64,000 nt of DNA from a virus. The notes under the pieces are model-generated. The model was not told the origin of the DNA, did no database searches, and saw only the letters and a list, made by a program, of their open reading frames with translations. The DNA lies in the IMG/VR virus record IMGVR_UViG_3300042914_002334, positions 64,001 to 128,000 of that record; one strand, given 5' to 3'. Shown here piece by piece: positions 1 to 9,737 of this stretch (position 1 is the stretch's first letter; every line of letters begins with the position of its first letter). Made by a program: the position numbers and the translations under genes.

Positions 1-1324
1 TTGAATCAACTTTTACGGTCGGACTTACTGTGCTACTTGCCTTTATCTTATTCAATAATGTGCTTGCACTATTACTTGTTGCAGTATAGCCAGTGCTGTC
101 CCCATCATCAAAAATTCTAAGAGTTTCAACATTGAATGATAAGTCTACCTTTTGTCCAACACCACTACTACTACGAGTTTTCATTAGTTGTATCTGATAT
201 TGTCCTCGTTCTCGCATGTGTCTACTTGTAAAAATACCAAACACATTATCTGCGGTGTTGATCTTACTGATACCGCCAGAAATATGACTATGATCGAATT
301 CTATTTCTTCAACTGCACTACGATTCAACTGACTGGCAGTAACCAATAACACATTTAGTTCCTTGGCAAGATTTCGTATTTCTTCACTTACATATTTGTC
401 TTTAATAAACAAGTCACTTGGACTTACTTTTGCACTAACTGGCATCAAAAGATCCAAATAATCAATACATACAAAGTCAATTTTAACTCCTGTTTCTATA
501 CTAAGCGTCTTGATATAGGCTCTAATGTCATTCACATTGCTCTGAGCCGGCATATACTTGATGAAGAACTTGCCGGATTTTTTGGCAATCATCTTGACTT
601 TTAGTTCAACATCATCGATGTTTTTGAACACCTCTTTAGTAGCGATGTCGGTGGTCATACTATCAATACGCCAAGCACATAATTCTTCGCTAAGTTCAAG
701 CGTGATGTATACGCCGTTTAATCCAGCGGTTGCCCAATTCACGCTTAGATTTTGCATGAACAAACTTTTGCCGCTACCACTACCGCCAGCAAATATCTGT
801 AGTTCGCCACGATTGAATCCACCGTATAACTTATTATCGATACACGGCCATCCAGTGCTGATTTGCCCGTTGTTATTTCTAATTTTGTTTAATCTACCTC
901 GTGGATCACTAAAATAGTCAGTGCCCATATCTTTAGTCAGTGATATCTGAACTGCATCTTTGATTAGTTTTTCAACTGGATCATAATTTCCCTTTTCGAG
1001 CAAGTCTGCACTCTTTAGAATTGCTCGTTCTAATTCCTGTCTTCTGATGAATTTTTCAATCTCATCCAGAAACCAATCAACATCGCTTTGTCGTATGTCC
1101 TCAATTAATTCTAATTTTACTCCAGTAGTGGCCGAAATCTGATTGACATCGGGAACGCTAACATATTTCTCTGCGAATTCTTTGATAAATTTTACCGCAT
1201 CTCTCAGAGATTTGTCAAAGTTCTCGTGATTCAGAATATTACTGATTCTGGTATATAGTTGTGGCTCACTTATCATCATTCGCAAGAATAGCTCTTGCAT
1301 TTCTAAGTTGTATTCTGTATTCAT
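1..1324 (-). CDS. gp41: DnaB/gp41-like replicative helicase (3' end beyond the window edge; not in ORF track)
   Basis: ATG at 1324 overlaps the primase TGA (ATGA); translation MNTEYNLEMQELFLRMM...; Walker A IFAGGSGSGKS (about 765-800), YITLELS, VCIDYLDL, VTASQLNR, ISGGISKINTAD and QLMKTR motifs of SF4 helicases. Confidence 0.93.
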   Translation of the reverse strand, partial: MNTEYNLEMQELFLRMMISEPQLYTRISNILNHENFDKSLRDAVKFIKEFAEKYVSVPDVNQISATTGVKLELIEDIRQSDVDWFLDEIEKFIRRQELERAILKSADLLEKGNYDPVEKLIKDAVQISLTKDMGTDYFSDPRGRLNKIRNNNGQISTGWPCIDNKLYGGFNRGELQIFAGGSGSGKSLFMQNLSVNWATAGLNGVYITLELSEELCAWRIDSMTTDIATKEVFKNIDDVELKVKMIAKKSGKFFIKYMPAQSNVNDIRAYIKTLSIETGVKIDFVCIDYLDLLMPVSAKVSPSDLFIKDKYVSEEIRNLAKELNVLLVTASQLNRSAVEEIEFDHSHISGGISKINTADNVFGIFTSRHMRERGQYQIQLMKTRSSSGVGQKVDLSFNVETLRIFDDGDSTGYTATSNSASTLLNKIKASSTVSPTVKVDS

Positions 1325-2283
1325 TTAAATCTCTTTTTTGCCATTTCTACTTTTATTTTACTACTTGTAGCACAAGAAAATATGCTTAGCAAGGTTGATA
1401 GTTTACCGTATCTTTTTACCGCATCATTTACATCTTTAACGTCAGAATGCCATTCTGGTATGCTTACCTTATATCCTAATTCTAATGCTCGGTCGCATAT
1501 CGATAAGCCTGGTTTATCCTGATCAGGAACAACGATGATTGTTCTTCGTAATCTATTTAATAATTCAACTTGACCATCACTGATAGTACTTCCCATATAT
1601 GCACAACCATCTATGCTAAGTGCGTCAAATTGTCCCTCGACGAGAATACAAGTTGTCCATTCTTTTTTCTGTGCATCTATATTGAATATGTATCCGGGAG
1701 TTTGATCCGATAAGTATTTTGGTTTTCTTCCGTCAATGAATCTACAAGTATGCCCAACCATTTCTCTATCGTAGTAATATGGAATTATGATTCCAGGTCT
1801 ACTTGAATCCTCGTCAATATAAAAAGGATATTCTTTGTAATCAATCCCTCTTACTTCGCGTAGATATTTTATATGCTCAAGATGTTCTGGATCGCGCTCG
1901 TCTAATTTTACGCAAGTATCAGAAAGAGATTTTTTGGGAAAGTTTATTACTATTGCTTTCGACTGTTTAGATTTTAGCTCTATCAAACTGCCCTTACTCA
2001 AACTTTCAAGACTTAGTTTATTGATTTCTGATTCATCGACACCACACCAATGTAGCAACAATTTAGTGTGCTTTGTCAGTGACTTTCCGAGAGTAAATCC
2101 TGCCTTAAAGTGGCAATTAAAACAATTGTAAATCCAATTTCTCTCATCATCGAATACTATTCCTCCTCTTCCTCTTGTGTCGGCATTATGCCCACGATGC
2201 AGACAACACGGGGCGTTAAAACTATACCATCCGGATGGAGTTTTACGTTTTTTTCCAGGAATAATAGATAATATATCCAACAT
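1321..2283 (-). CDS. gp61: DNA primase (Zn-binding + TOPRIM), gp61-like
   Basis: N-terminal Cys/His cluster (PCC..H, CFNC); TOPRIM motifs LVEGQFDA, VPDQDKPG, KDVND; coupled to the helicase. Confidence 0.9.
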   Translation of the reverse strand: MLDILSIIPGKKRKTPSGWYSFNAPCCLHRGHNADTRGRGGIVFDDERNWIYNCFNCHFKAGFTLGKSLTKHTKLLLHWCGVDESEINKLSLESLSKGSLIELKSKQSKAIVINFPKKSLSDTCVKLDERDPEHLEHIKYLREVRGIDYKEYPFYIDEDSSRPGIIIPYYYDREMVGHTCRFIDGRKPKYLSDQTPGYIFNIDAQKKEWTTCILVEGQFDALSIDGCAYMGSTISDGQVELLNRLRRTIIVVPDQDKPGLSICDRALELGYKVSIPEWHSDVKDVNDAVKRYGKLSTLLSIFSCATSSKIKVEMAKKRFK

Positions 2284-2329
2284 AGATCATAGTCTATAAC
2301 ATTACAAGACTAAAATCAATCTTTATCGT

Positions 2330-3127
2330 TTATCTTACTAAGATTTTGGTAAGATCACCAGATAATGATGAGCCTGTTCCAGAAGATGGGCCTGTTCCAG
2401 AATTTACTATCTTCAATCTGATAAACGGATGATATCCATCTATATTGAAGTAATGATTTCCGCTATCGTTTACATACACCGATTCTGTCCCAATATTATA
2501 TGTCTGAGAAAAATTGGATAGTGTGCTTCCCTGAAATTGTATAGTTCCAGTGAATTGATTTAGTTGCAGTTGAAAGGTATATAGATTTTGTTGCTTAGTG
2601 TAAAAACTACTGCTGTAATGTGTTATTGGTGTTCCAACTACTGGAACTGGATGCGATGGTATGGTCAGTAAATACGATCCAACAAACATCGGCAAAACAC
2701 TATTAACAATTCGTATAACTCCACGAGCGCCACAATTGGCGTCAACGAACACTGGATAGTCGAACTCATCTACTGGAATTTCCAAACTATAGTAGCATAA
2801 TTGAGTTTTTATTTTATCCATCTCCTCGGATGTCACTCTGAGTCCGGCAATTCCAGTTAGCGGAAATATCTCGACTAACGATTTCTGTAGCAGAATTTCT
2901 TTACCACTCGCATCAATGATTCTTGCTGTTATTTCTTTGTTAGAAATATTGACTGGTTTTTGTTCTTGATTCAAGAATGCAAACTCAATCAAGTTGTCGA
3001 TACCACGATTTAATGTTAGTTCTTTGGCGTACACTTTGTTATACCTTATTTTTCCTCGGGCAGCCACATCCAATAAAACCACATGCGTTCTTTGATTGTA
3101 TAAATATACTTGAGATTGGGCTGTCAC
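2330..3127 (-). CDS. Hypothetical, probably virion structural protein (BppU-like beta-rich N-terminus)
   Basis: Beta-rich sequence; LNRGIDNLIEFAFLNQEQKPVNIS pattern; preceded by a TAAATA late-type box and GAGG RBS. Confidence 0.45.
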   Translation of the reverse strand: MTAQSQVYLYNQRTHVVLLDVAARGKIRYNKVYAKELTLNRGIDNLIEFAFLNQEQKPVNISNKEITARIIDASGKEILLQKSLVEIFPLTGIAGLRVTSEEMDKIKTQLCYYSLEIPVDEFDYPVFVDANCGARGVIRIVNSVLPMFVGSYLLTIPSHPVPVVGTPITHYSSSFYTKQQNLYTFQLQLNQFTGTIQFQGSTLSNFSQTYNIGTESVYVNDSGNHYFNIDGYHPFIRLKIVNSGTGPSSGTGSSLSGDLTKILVR

Positions 3128-3149
3128 TTTGTTGTCCTCTCAATTATTT

Positions 3150-3530
3150 ATGTCTAATGATTTTTTTCAAAAACTCACTGTTTCTCATCCATTCATAACT
3201 GTGTTGTCATACGCAGGACAAGAATACATAGGAGTGATTCAGAATCGTGATGATTTCATCACCACCTTCTATGATTACGGAACAATAGTAGATCAAAATC
3301 TAAAAAAGACCTTCTTATCACTCGGTGATCAATGGTGGTGGGAAAGCAACAGATTAATTCCCATAAACATTTTTTTGCGTGACGATTGGAGCGTTTTTAG
3401 ACCGTATCTCAGAACATTCAATAACAAAGGTCTTTCTATACTGCACGGGCCAGCAACTTGTATCAGTGAATTGGCAAAGAAAAGAGTAAAGCGTAAAAGT
3501 ATTACGCTGGTCAAAAGAATTAGCCACTAA
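3150..3530 (+). CDS. Hypothetical phage protein (start likely ATG 3150)
   Basis: Protein-like ORF (QWWWESNRLIPINIFL) filling the gap between minus-strand genes. Confidence 0.6.
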   Translation: MSNDFFQKLTVSHPFITVLSYAGQEYIGVIQNRDDFITTFYDYGTIVDQNLKKTFLSLGDQWWWESNRLIPINIFLRDDWSVFRPYLRTFNNKGLSILHGPATCISELAKKRVKRKSITLVKRISH

Positions 3531-4083
3531 GCAAATTCATATGCACTGCTACTAAGTGTGCATAACTTATGGCATGTGCCTTTTTGAAGAAATACCCATC
3601 GCCATCTTTTACCCATATCTTTTTTTCTAATTCATTCCACGGTATACCAATAAGATGTTTCTTTCCTGGTCTAATAACACTAAGAAACATAGCCATTTTA
3701 AGAATGCTATCTATCTCACCTGACATGCTCAATATAGTATCGTAGTGATTTCCAATGTGAATAATCTTTTCTACAAACTCACGATTCTTTAACAAAGACC
3801 AATCTGGTTCTTTCATCAGTTCTAACAAATGTGCTTCGCTGGTAACTTGCTTATAAACAAACACATTTAGTAAGTCAAACTTTATATATCCTCGGTTTTC
3901 TGCCTCTACATAATCAATGGCAGCAAGATCGGTCAGTGGATCATATGGAATGTCAGTCACATATATGCCAGTATTGTGCTTCTTAACCGTTTCATCTCTA
4001 ATAGAGGCAGTCACATAGTCTATGTGTTCAAGTATGAGATTTCGGTCGGCAAAGTCTATGTCAATATCAGAAGAAAATTTCAT
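3520..4083 (-). CDS. Miniature DNA polymerase III alpha (DnaE) palm-domain homologue
   Basis: SDIDIDF, KHNTGIY, KFDLLN, LSVIRPG and FFKKAHAISYA match C-family motifs PDIDIDF, HAGGVV, KxDxL, ALxRPG and FNKSHxxxY, in order, within 187 aa. Confidence 0.8.
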   Translation of the reverse strand: MKFSSDIDIDFADRNLILEHIDYVTASIRDETVKKHNTGIYVTDIPYDPLTDLAAIDYVEAENRGYIKFDLLNVFVYKQVTSEAHLLELMKEPDWSLLKNREFVEKIIHIGNHYDTILSMSGEIDSILKMAMFLSVIRPGKKHLIGIPWNELEKKIWVKDGDGYFFKKAHAISYAHLVAVHMNLLSG

Positions 4084-4802
4084 TTTAATACCTGTTTAAT
4101 AGTTTCGGAAACTTCATTGAACAATTGTCTGTCTCTTGCAAACTTCAAGTTCCATCTTTCTGGATTTATGTATTCCCATATTACTGATCGTTGATCTTCG
4201 TTTATAGTATCCAGAAAATTAAGTCCAGATTCAGACAAATACAGAATCCACGGACTTATCTGACCAGAACTTATCAAACTGCATAACTTATTCTTGCTGT
4301 AGTAAAGCAGTACATCAGACAACTTTAGATGTTCTTTTTCAGAAATGTCAAGCATAGTTTCAATGCTTCTTCTAACCGCATCAAATGGGTCTTCTGTTCT
4401 CAAGTATTGTATGAGATATTTGGTATACTGCTGATCGCGTGCCCAGTTGTCTATCGAGACGTTATTACTCAACAAGTGATTCAAATACTCAGTAGAGTTT
4501 ACGACCTTTACATTTACACAATACAATCCAAATTTTACGAATGCAGTATAGTATGCACTCGTCATGAAAGTTCTGTAATCCTTTTTTTTCTTTCCAGGCT
4601 GACATCTTGAATAGAAAGTAAGCCAGGCGTTAAATGCGATTCTATTCTGCGGCTTTTCTTTATCCTGCCAACGCAACTTTTGCTCACACACATGCTTTAT
4701 CAGTGTGCTTTCTCTAACAAAAGTTCGGTTGCAATGATCGCAGGTATTTAAGTCAGTTTTAGTATCCGTTTTCTGAATCATAGGTTTTAATTTCTTCTTC
4801 AC
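4080..4802 (-). CDS. Hypothetical protein with N-terminal zinc finger
   Basis: CDHCNRTFVRESTLIKHVC (C2H2/C2HC-type); true start may be ATG 4781. Confidence 0.6.
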   Translation of the reverse strand: MKKKLKPMIQKTDTKTDLNTCDHCNRTFVRESTLIKHVCEQKLRWQDKEKPQNRIAFNAWLTFYSRCQPGKKKKDYRTFMTSAYYTAFVKFGLYCVNVKVVNSTEYLNHLLSNNVSIDNWARDQQYTKYLIQYLRTEDPFDAVRRSIETMLDISEKEHLKLSDVLLYYSKNKLCSLISSGQISPWILYLSESGLNFLDTINEDQRSVIWEYINPERWNLKFARDRQLFNEVSETIKQVLK

Positions 4803-5346
4803 TAACTAACTTACTTAGCAATTCTATTTCATCAAATTTTAGATTTTTGTATATAGTACCGAGTTTATACTTTAGATTAAAATTGTCAGCAAGAGACTTT
4901 GCAGTTTCGTCTATAACATCGGCAGATTCATTCTTGCATATCTTCTTAAGATAATCGGCTATTTCCTTTTTCTTGGTTGGCTCACTCAGTGTGGTTATCT
5001 TATTACTCAGATGAGGAATCCATTGATGATATTGTTTACCCATGCCGGGACTTGCAGCACATAACATTTTCCACTGCAAGTCAGGATGACTCTGCACATG
5101 TTCATTGAACAAATGAGTATTAGCGCAGATATTGGTGCTCATCAAATAGTAGGAACTGATTTCAGACGATCCCTTTACCGCGCTTATCCAATGTGTCAAC
5201 ATAAATGGAACAAACTTTTTACGCTGTTCTTCACTAAGAGATTGAAAGTAGTCATAGTTCTTTCTGTCTATTTGCTCTATTGCCTGAAACAGATCAAAGT
5301 CTTGACGACTGAACTTTTCGTCTTCTGCTGTTGATTTCTTTGCCAT
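4759..5346 (-). CDS. gp62: Clamp-loader small subunit, gp62-like
   Basis: FDLFQAI...KKFVPFMLTHWIS...HPDLQW...GKQYHQWI pattern typical of gp62-like proteins; replication context. Confidence 0.6.
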   Translation of the reverse strand: MAKKSTAEDEKFSRQDFDLFQAIEQIDRKNYDYFQSLSEEQRKKFVPFMLTHWISAVKGSSEISSYYLMSTNICANTHLFNEHVQSHPDLQWKMLCAASPGMGKQYHQWIPHLSNKITTLSEPTKKKEIADYLKKICKNESADVIDETAKSLADNFNLKYKLGTIYKNLKFDEIELLSKLVSEEEIKTYDSENGY

Positions 5347-5350
5347 AAGT

Positions 5351-5524
5351 TTACGGTGTATCGTTTTTATATTCTACCAATTTTACCTTTGCTTCCGGGA
5401 AGCATTGAAACAATTCGTTTTGTATTGCCTCGGTGACTTCATCACATCCTGATTTACCGTATAGTTCTTCCCAAAATTCATCGTAACCTTCGGTCACTAC
5501 TACTTCAAATTTGTATGTTTTCAT
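5351..5524 (-). CDS. Small hypothetical protein (57 aa, below ORF-track cutoff)
   Basis: MKTYKFEVVVTEGYDEFWEELYGKSGCDEV...TP*; fills the gap exactly between neighbours. Confidence 0.6.
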   Translation of the reverse strand: MKTYKFEVVVTEGYDEFWEELYGKSGCDEVTEAIQNELFQCFPEAKVKLVEYKNDTP

Positions 5525-5525
5525 A

Positions 5526-6029
5526 TTAAAAAGCCTGACTATAATCTACAACTTCACAATTCTTGCTAACTTCTTTGACAAAGTAAATGCATCTTGGCTT
5601 TGAAGTTTCTTCAATTGGAACGCACAGAAATTGTCCATTTCTCAATCTCGGGGCATACCAAGTAACATCATGATACACATCCACTATCTCAATGTCTAAG
5701 AAATTGGGTCTAAAACTACTAAGTGGGTTAAACTCAAATACTTTAAAGCCACGATCATTGATGCTGGTTAGTGGGACTATTTCCAAATCTCCAAAGTCTG
5801 GTTCACCAATTAGTATTTGCCAGTCAAGTGGCATTTTTATTATCTGATCTGCCACTCTCAATACAAGAGCCGGACTATTAAAACTTTCCAAGAATATAAG
5901 TGGTATGTAATGATAGTCCACTGATTGTGGGTTGCTGTTGTCCATTATTGCAAATCTTAAATCGTCTACCTCTTCTGGTAAATTTTCCAGATTGTAAGAA
6001 CTGTTATCTTCTAATGTTAGTATTTTCAT
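5526..6029 (-). CDS. Hypothetical protein, possibly degenerate Hint-like fold
   Basis: 167-aa beta-rich ORF coupled to uvsW by an ATGA overlap. Confidence 0.55.
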   Translation of the reverse strand: MKILTLEDNSSYNLENLPEEVDDLRFAIMDNSNPQSVDYHYIPLIFLESFNSPALVLRVADQIIKMPLDWQILIGEPDFGDLEIVPLTSINDRGFKVFEFNPLSSFRPNFLDIEIVDVYHDVTWYAPRLRNGQFLCVPIEETSKPRCIYFVKEVSKNCEVVDYSQAF

Positions 6030-7483
6030 TTATATTCCAATTTTTCAATAGTGTAAGGGTAATTTGCTTCTCTGTAGAACTCTTTTCTTTTTGTAAGATG
6101 TCGCTTAGCGAATCTACAACTGCTGGTTATATCCCAGATTTGAACGAAGTCTTTGTCTTCTGCTTTTCTAATGCCTCGCCCAATACTTTGTATAACTCTG
6201 ACAAAGCTCTTTCCGGGCTCCAAAAGAACCAGATTAAAAATACGAGGGATATTAATACCCACAGCGGCCACACCATAAGTCGCCACAATAATCTTGTCAT
6301 CACTAATCGCAACTTCATCATATTCTTCCTTACGCTCTTTTAGTTTTGTTTTTCCGCGAATGAACACGCTGTTTGGCAATCTTTTTACTAATTCTTCTCC
6401 AGCAGCAACTCTATCGACCAAAATCAAAGTATTTCCCGAGTCAACTATCTTTTCTATCAATGACGATATTACATTCAATCGTTTCTCGTCAGTTAGTAAA
6501 TGAGAAAGTTCGCTCTGATAATCTCTGAATTCTGCATTGTCTTGCATCTGCACAACGTTTACATGACACATAGACAGAACGCCAACATTTTGTAATTCGT
6601 TAGCACTGAGTTTGCCAATCACCGAACCTATACAAGTGAATAGTGCCTGACTGGCATATTTATCTTTCGGAATAGTTCCAGTCAAACCCCATCGAATTGG
6701 AATTTTGGACATTACTCCGCTTAATAGAGTTTTGAGTGCGTCGGCTTTTACAGAATGCGCCTCGTCTATCATTATACAGATAACACCATCAATGAATTCA
6801 TCAATCGTAATGTCAGTGTTGCCGTCTTTGGTATTCTTGAGCAAGTTGTTCAAACTTTGCCAAGTGCAAATTGTATGTTTGCGACCGTGCTCTTTTCTGT
6901 CTCCGAAATATACGCCAACATCTAAGCCAAGATTTATGTAATCTGCTTCGGTTTGAGTAACTAATGATTTGTTTGGGACAACAACTATCGTTCTGCCCGA
7001 ATTTTCACAGCAGTAACTTAATGCTGCTGTAATAATCGTTTTTCCACTGCCAGTAGCAATCTCTTGCATGCTCTGCGGATTGTTCAAAAACTTGTTGACT
7101 ATCTCAACTTGATAGTCTCTAAGAACTATAGGCTGTCCCGCAATTGGGTGTCCGGCTGGCCAAGTTTTATGACTGAATGAATTTTCGTTTATCTCGCTGA
7201 ATTCAAAAACGGTAGAGTAATCTCTGGTATCTTCAAGTTCAATGTCGTAATTGCACTCTTCTAAATACGGAAGAATTTCTTCCAGTAAGTTTATGTATGT
7301 GGATCCACCCAATTGAAAGTAGGACGCTTTGCCATCCCATCTTCCTAATCTCACGCTTGGTAAATATTTTGCTCCTGGTATTTCATAACTGAACTTTTTC
7401 ACAAGAGCACGACGAGCATCTAAATCCAATCCCTCTATTTTTGCATTTACTTCGTCGCGAATTATTATTTTACATTTTTTCAT
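6026..7483 (-). CDS. uvsW: UvsW-like SF2 DNA helicase
   Basis: LRDYQ, ATGSGKT, IDEAH, GLTGT, VGINIP, QSIGRGIR motifs. Confidence 0.92.
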   Translation of the reverse strand: MKKCKIIIRDEVNAKIEGLDLDARRALVKKFSYEIPGAKYLPSVRLGRWDGKASYFQLGGSTYINLLEEILPYLEECNYDIELEDTRDYSTVFEFSEINENSFSHKTWPAGHPIAGQPIVLRDYQVEIVNKFLNNPQSMQEIATGSGKTIITAALSYCCENSGRTIVVVPNKSLVTQTEADYINLGLDVGVYFGDRKEHGRKHTICTWQSLNNLLKNTKDGNTDITIDEFIDGVICIMIDEAHSVKADALKTLLSGVMSKIPIRWGLTGTIPKDKYASQALFTCIGSVIGKLSANELQNVGVLSMCHVNVVQMQDNAEFRDYQSELSHLLTDEKRLNVISSLIEKIVDSGNTLILVDRVAAGEELVKRLPNSVFIRGKTKLKERKEEYDEVAISDDKIIVATYGVAAVGINIPRIFNLVLLEPGKSFVRVIQSIGRGIRKAEDKDFVQIWDITSSCRFAKRHLTKRKEFYREANYPYTIEKLEYK

Positions 7484-7489
7484 CAAGAC

Positions 7490-7519
7490 AGTATATACAA
7501 TTCAATGCTGAATTGTCAA
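7490..7519 (-). promoter_or_regulatory. sigma70-type promoter for uvsW (probably leaderless)
   Basis: TTGACA-18-TATACT ending 6 nt before ATG 7483. Confidence 0.65.
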
Positions 7520-7535
7520 ACATCTTATAGCCAAA

Positions 7536-7754
7536 TTATTTGGCACTGGACTTTTTTAAAATGACCCAATCATTGAATGGCGTTATTTGTTTGCCATTAT
7601 CAAGTAGCAATTTGCTACCTTCGACTGCGGTTACTGTTCGCGTCTCGCCAGTTTTTTTGCTTTTGATAACATCGCCGCGCATTATTCCGCGACCATATGG
7701 ATACTTGCTTTCGCTTCCACCATAACTCTCATTCAATAGTTCTGTTATCTTCAT
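7536..7754 (-). CDS. Small late protein with MKITELLNES leader (putative head cargo), SH3/KOW-like
   Basis: TAAATA box 5 nt upstream; L-x-E N-terminal motif; RGDVIKSKKTGETRTVTAVEG. Confidence 0.55.
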   Translation of the reverse strand: MKITELLNESYGGSESKYPYGRGIMRGDVIKSKKTGETRTVTAVEGSKLLLDNGKQITPFNDWVILKKSSAK

Positions 7755-7775
7755 GTAGTTATTTATTCAAAAAGC

Positions 7776-7800
7776 AAAAAGGACTCCGAAGAGTCCTTTT
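7776..7800 (-). terminator. Intrinsic terminator with UUCG loop
   Basis: AAAAGGACTC-TTCG-GAGTCCTTTTT downstream of the AAA ATPase gene. Confidence 0.85.
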
Positions 7801-7815
7801 ATTGAGTGCAGTATT

Positions 7816-8865
7816 TCAGCCAGCTCGCATGCAAGTCTCACGAGCCAGACCCTTCCAGTCGGAAGCATCGATCCTGAACAGATCGGCAATCTTGAGACTC
7901 ATACGCAAAGAAATTTCGCGCATCTTGGTGCGATTATCCCACATAAAGTCCATAATCTGGTTCGCTTGATCAGCGTCAAAATCATAGTCAGCAAACAGAC
8001 CACCAACCGAATCCTTGCTGGCATCCGCGTGAACCTGCTTGATACGAAGCATCTTATCACGCTCGGTGTTGATGGTCAGGTCCAGATAGTGACAACGAGA
8101 TTGCAGTGCCTCCAAGTGTGCGGTAATTTTCTTGCTGCGACGATCATTAAAGTCCAGGTTAGTCACGAAGATGCACGAACCATTGAACTCGAAATCGGTC
8201 GGAATGCCTTCCTTACGCAGAAAAGAAGAGTCGCTGTTCCACCAAATCCGGCGACGCTTGCCAGAATCCAGTGCAGCCTTCAGAATGTTGAGTGCATCTG
8301 GGTCATCCCAAACATCGCAATCGTCAAAAACCAGCACATTCTTGCTATCGCTATACTTATACAGCAGAGCATACAGACCAATGGCAGTAATAGCACCCTT
8401 GACAATTTCGAAGCGAGTGCGCTTTCCGGCCAACTTATCGAATAGACTTGCCTTCTCCAGTTGAGTTTCGATACCAAAAGACTTGCCAACGCCAGGAGGG
8501 CCAGTAACAATCATGGCGCGACACTCACCGTTGATAGTGGCCTTGGTCATGGTGTCCAGAATGCCAAAGCGACGACGAATGCGATTCATGGCTTGCTCGT
8601 CCGTCTCGTTAGTCTCCTCGACCACAGAAGCGGGAACGAAAGCGGCAACACGGGCAGAAGAAGAAGAACTCACCAGAACCTCGACATCAGCCGGATTGGC
8701 AATTTCAATATAGACTTGTCGAGAATCGCCTGGCAGTTGACCCTCATTCTTGACTTGAACGCGACCAGAAGTAGATTCGAGCGGGCGAGCCAGCGTGAAG
8801 GTGAGATTTTCCACGGCATAGTTCATCTTACGATACACACCGCGCTTGACGAGAATCTTGGACAT
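7816..8865 (-). CDS. AAA+/P-loop ATPase (early gene)
   Basis: Walker A GPPGVGKS, Walker B LVFDDCD, sensor IFVTN, ALQSR arginine finger. Confidence 0.85.
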   Translation of the reverse strand: MSKILVKRGVYRKMNYAVENLTFTLARPLESTSGRVQVKNEGQLPGDSRQVYIEIANPADVEVLVSSSSSARVAAFVPASVVEETNETDEQAMNRIRRRFGILDTMTKATINGECRAMIVTGPPGVGKSFGIETQLEKASLFDKLAGKRTRFEIVKGAITAIGLYALLYKYSDSKNVLVFDDCDVWDDPDALNILKAALDSGKRRRIWWNSDSSFLRKEGIPTDFEFNGSCIFVTNLDFNDRRSKKITAHLEALQSRCHYLDLTINTERDKMLRIKQVHADASKDSVGGLFADYDFDADQANQIMDFMWDNRTKMREISLRMSLKIADLFRIDASDWKGLARETCMRAG

Positions 8866-8929
8866 TTCGAGAACCTTTCTTAACTGTCGATAGATGTATT
8901 ATATACAATAACCGATTTATTGTCAAATT

Positions 8930-9679
8930 TCAGGAAATTTTTACCCGAGTCATCTTGGTAACTTGCTTATCAGCATGCGTTTTGACAGTGCCAGTGACAG
9001 AAATCTTGCGACCGATATCAATACTGAATTTCAGAGAAAAGAAAGCCACTTGATCCTCATCCGTGATTACCGTCACAAAGTAGCAGTTCCATTGCTGACT
9101 GAATACCACCTTGAGCACTTCACCAGTGAATGATACTTTGTCTCCGACAACACCAATATGATCGCCACGAGCGTCGGAAATGCGATCCTCTACAGATTGA
9201 CGCACTGTAGCACGTTCGTATCCTGCGGGAAGATACGCAATTGTACCCAGATCACGTTCGCTCACAGTCTCGCCGTTAGCAAGTGCAAGCGCCTTGGCAT
9301 CGAATTCATTCAACACCTTGCCACCAAGAATTTTGAACAACAGACCCTTGTAATGTGTGCGAATCTTCTCGCCCATTTCGCGGTCAAAGTCCGTAAGGGT
9401 AGATTGATCGGCAAGCATTTGGACCATCAGTTCACGGTTGCTTTGCTGCGGAACCATCTTACCTTCACTGTTAGTAGTGAAGGACCCTGCCTTGACATAC
9501 TCATTTCCAACTGCACAGAAAGCAGCAAACGCAACAGCAAACGCGGTGCTGGTATCGTGCATCACGGGCCGAGGGCGGGTATACCGTTGGCTGCGTGCCG
9601 GCTTATAGTCTTCATCTGCTTGACACAGAGTCTTGACTTGATAATCGGTCATACCAGAAACATCAACAAAACCAGCCAT
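8930..9679 (-). CDS. Hypothetical protein with C-terminal OB-fold-like domain
   Basis: HIGVVGDKVSFTGEVLKV...VTGTVKTH...TKMTRVKI; own promoter and GGAG RBS. Confidence 0.6.
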   Translation of the reverse strand: MAGFVDVSGMTDYQVKTLCQADEDYKPARSQRYTRPRPVMHDTSTAFAVAFAAFCAVGNEYVKAGSFTTNSEGKMVPQQSNRELMVQMLADQSTLTDFDREMGEKIRTHYKGLLFKILGGKVLNEFDAKALALANGETVSERDLGTIAYLPAGYERATVRQSVEDRISDARGDHIGVVGDKVSFTGEVLKVVFSQQWNCYFVTVITDEDQVAFFSLKFSIDIGRKISVTGTVKTHADKQVTKMTRVKIS

Positions 9680-9737
9680 TTAATTTGCTCCGTTGTCTAA
9701 CTCAGTGAATACAGTATATCAGTATTTAGATTTATTG

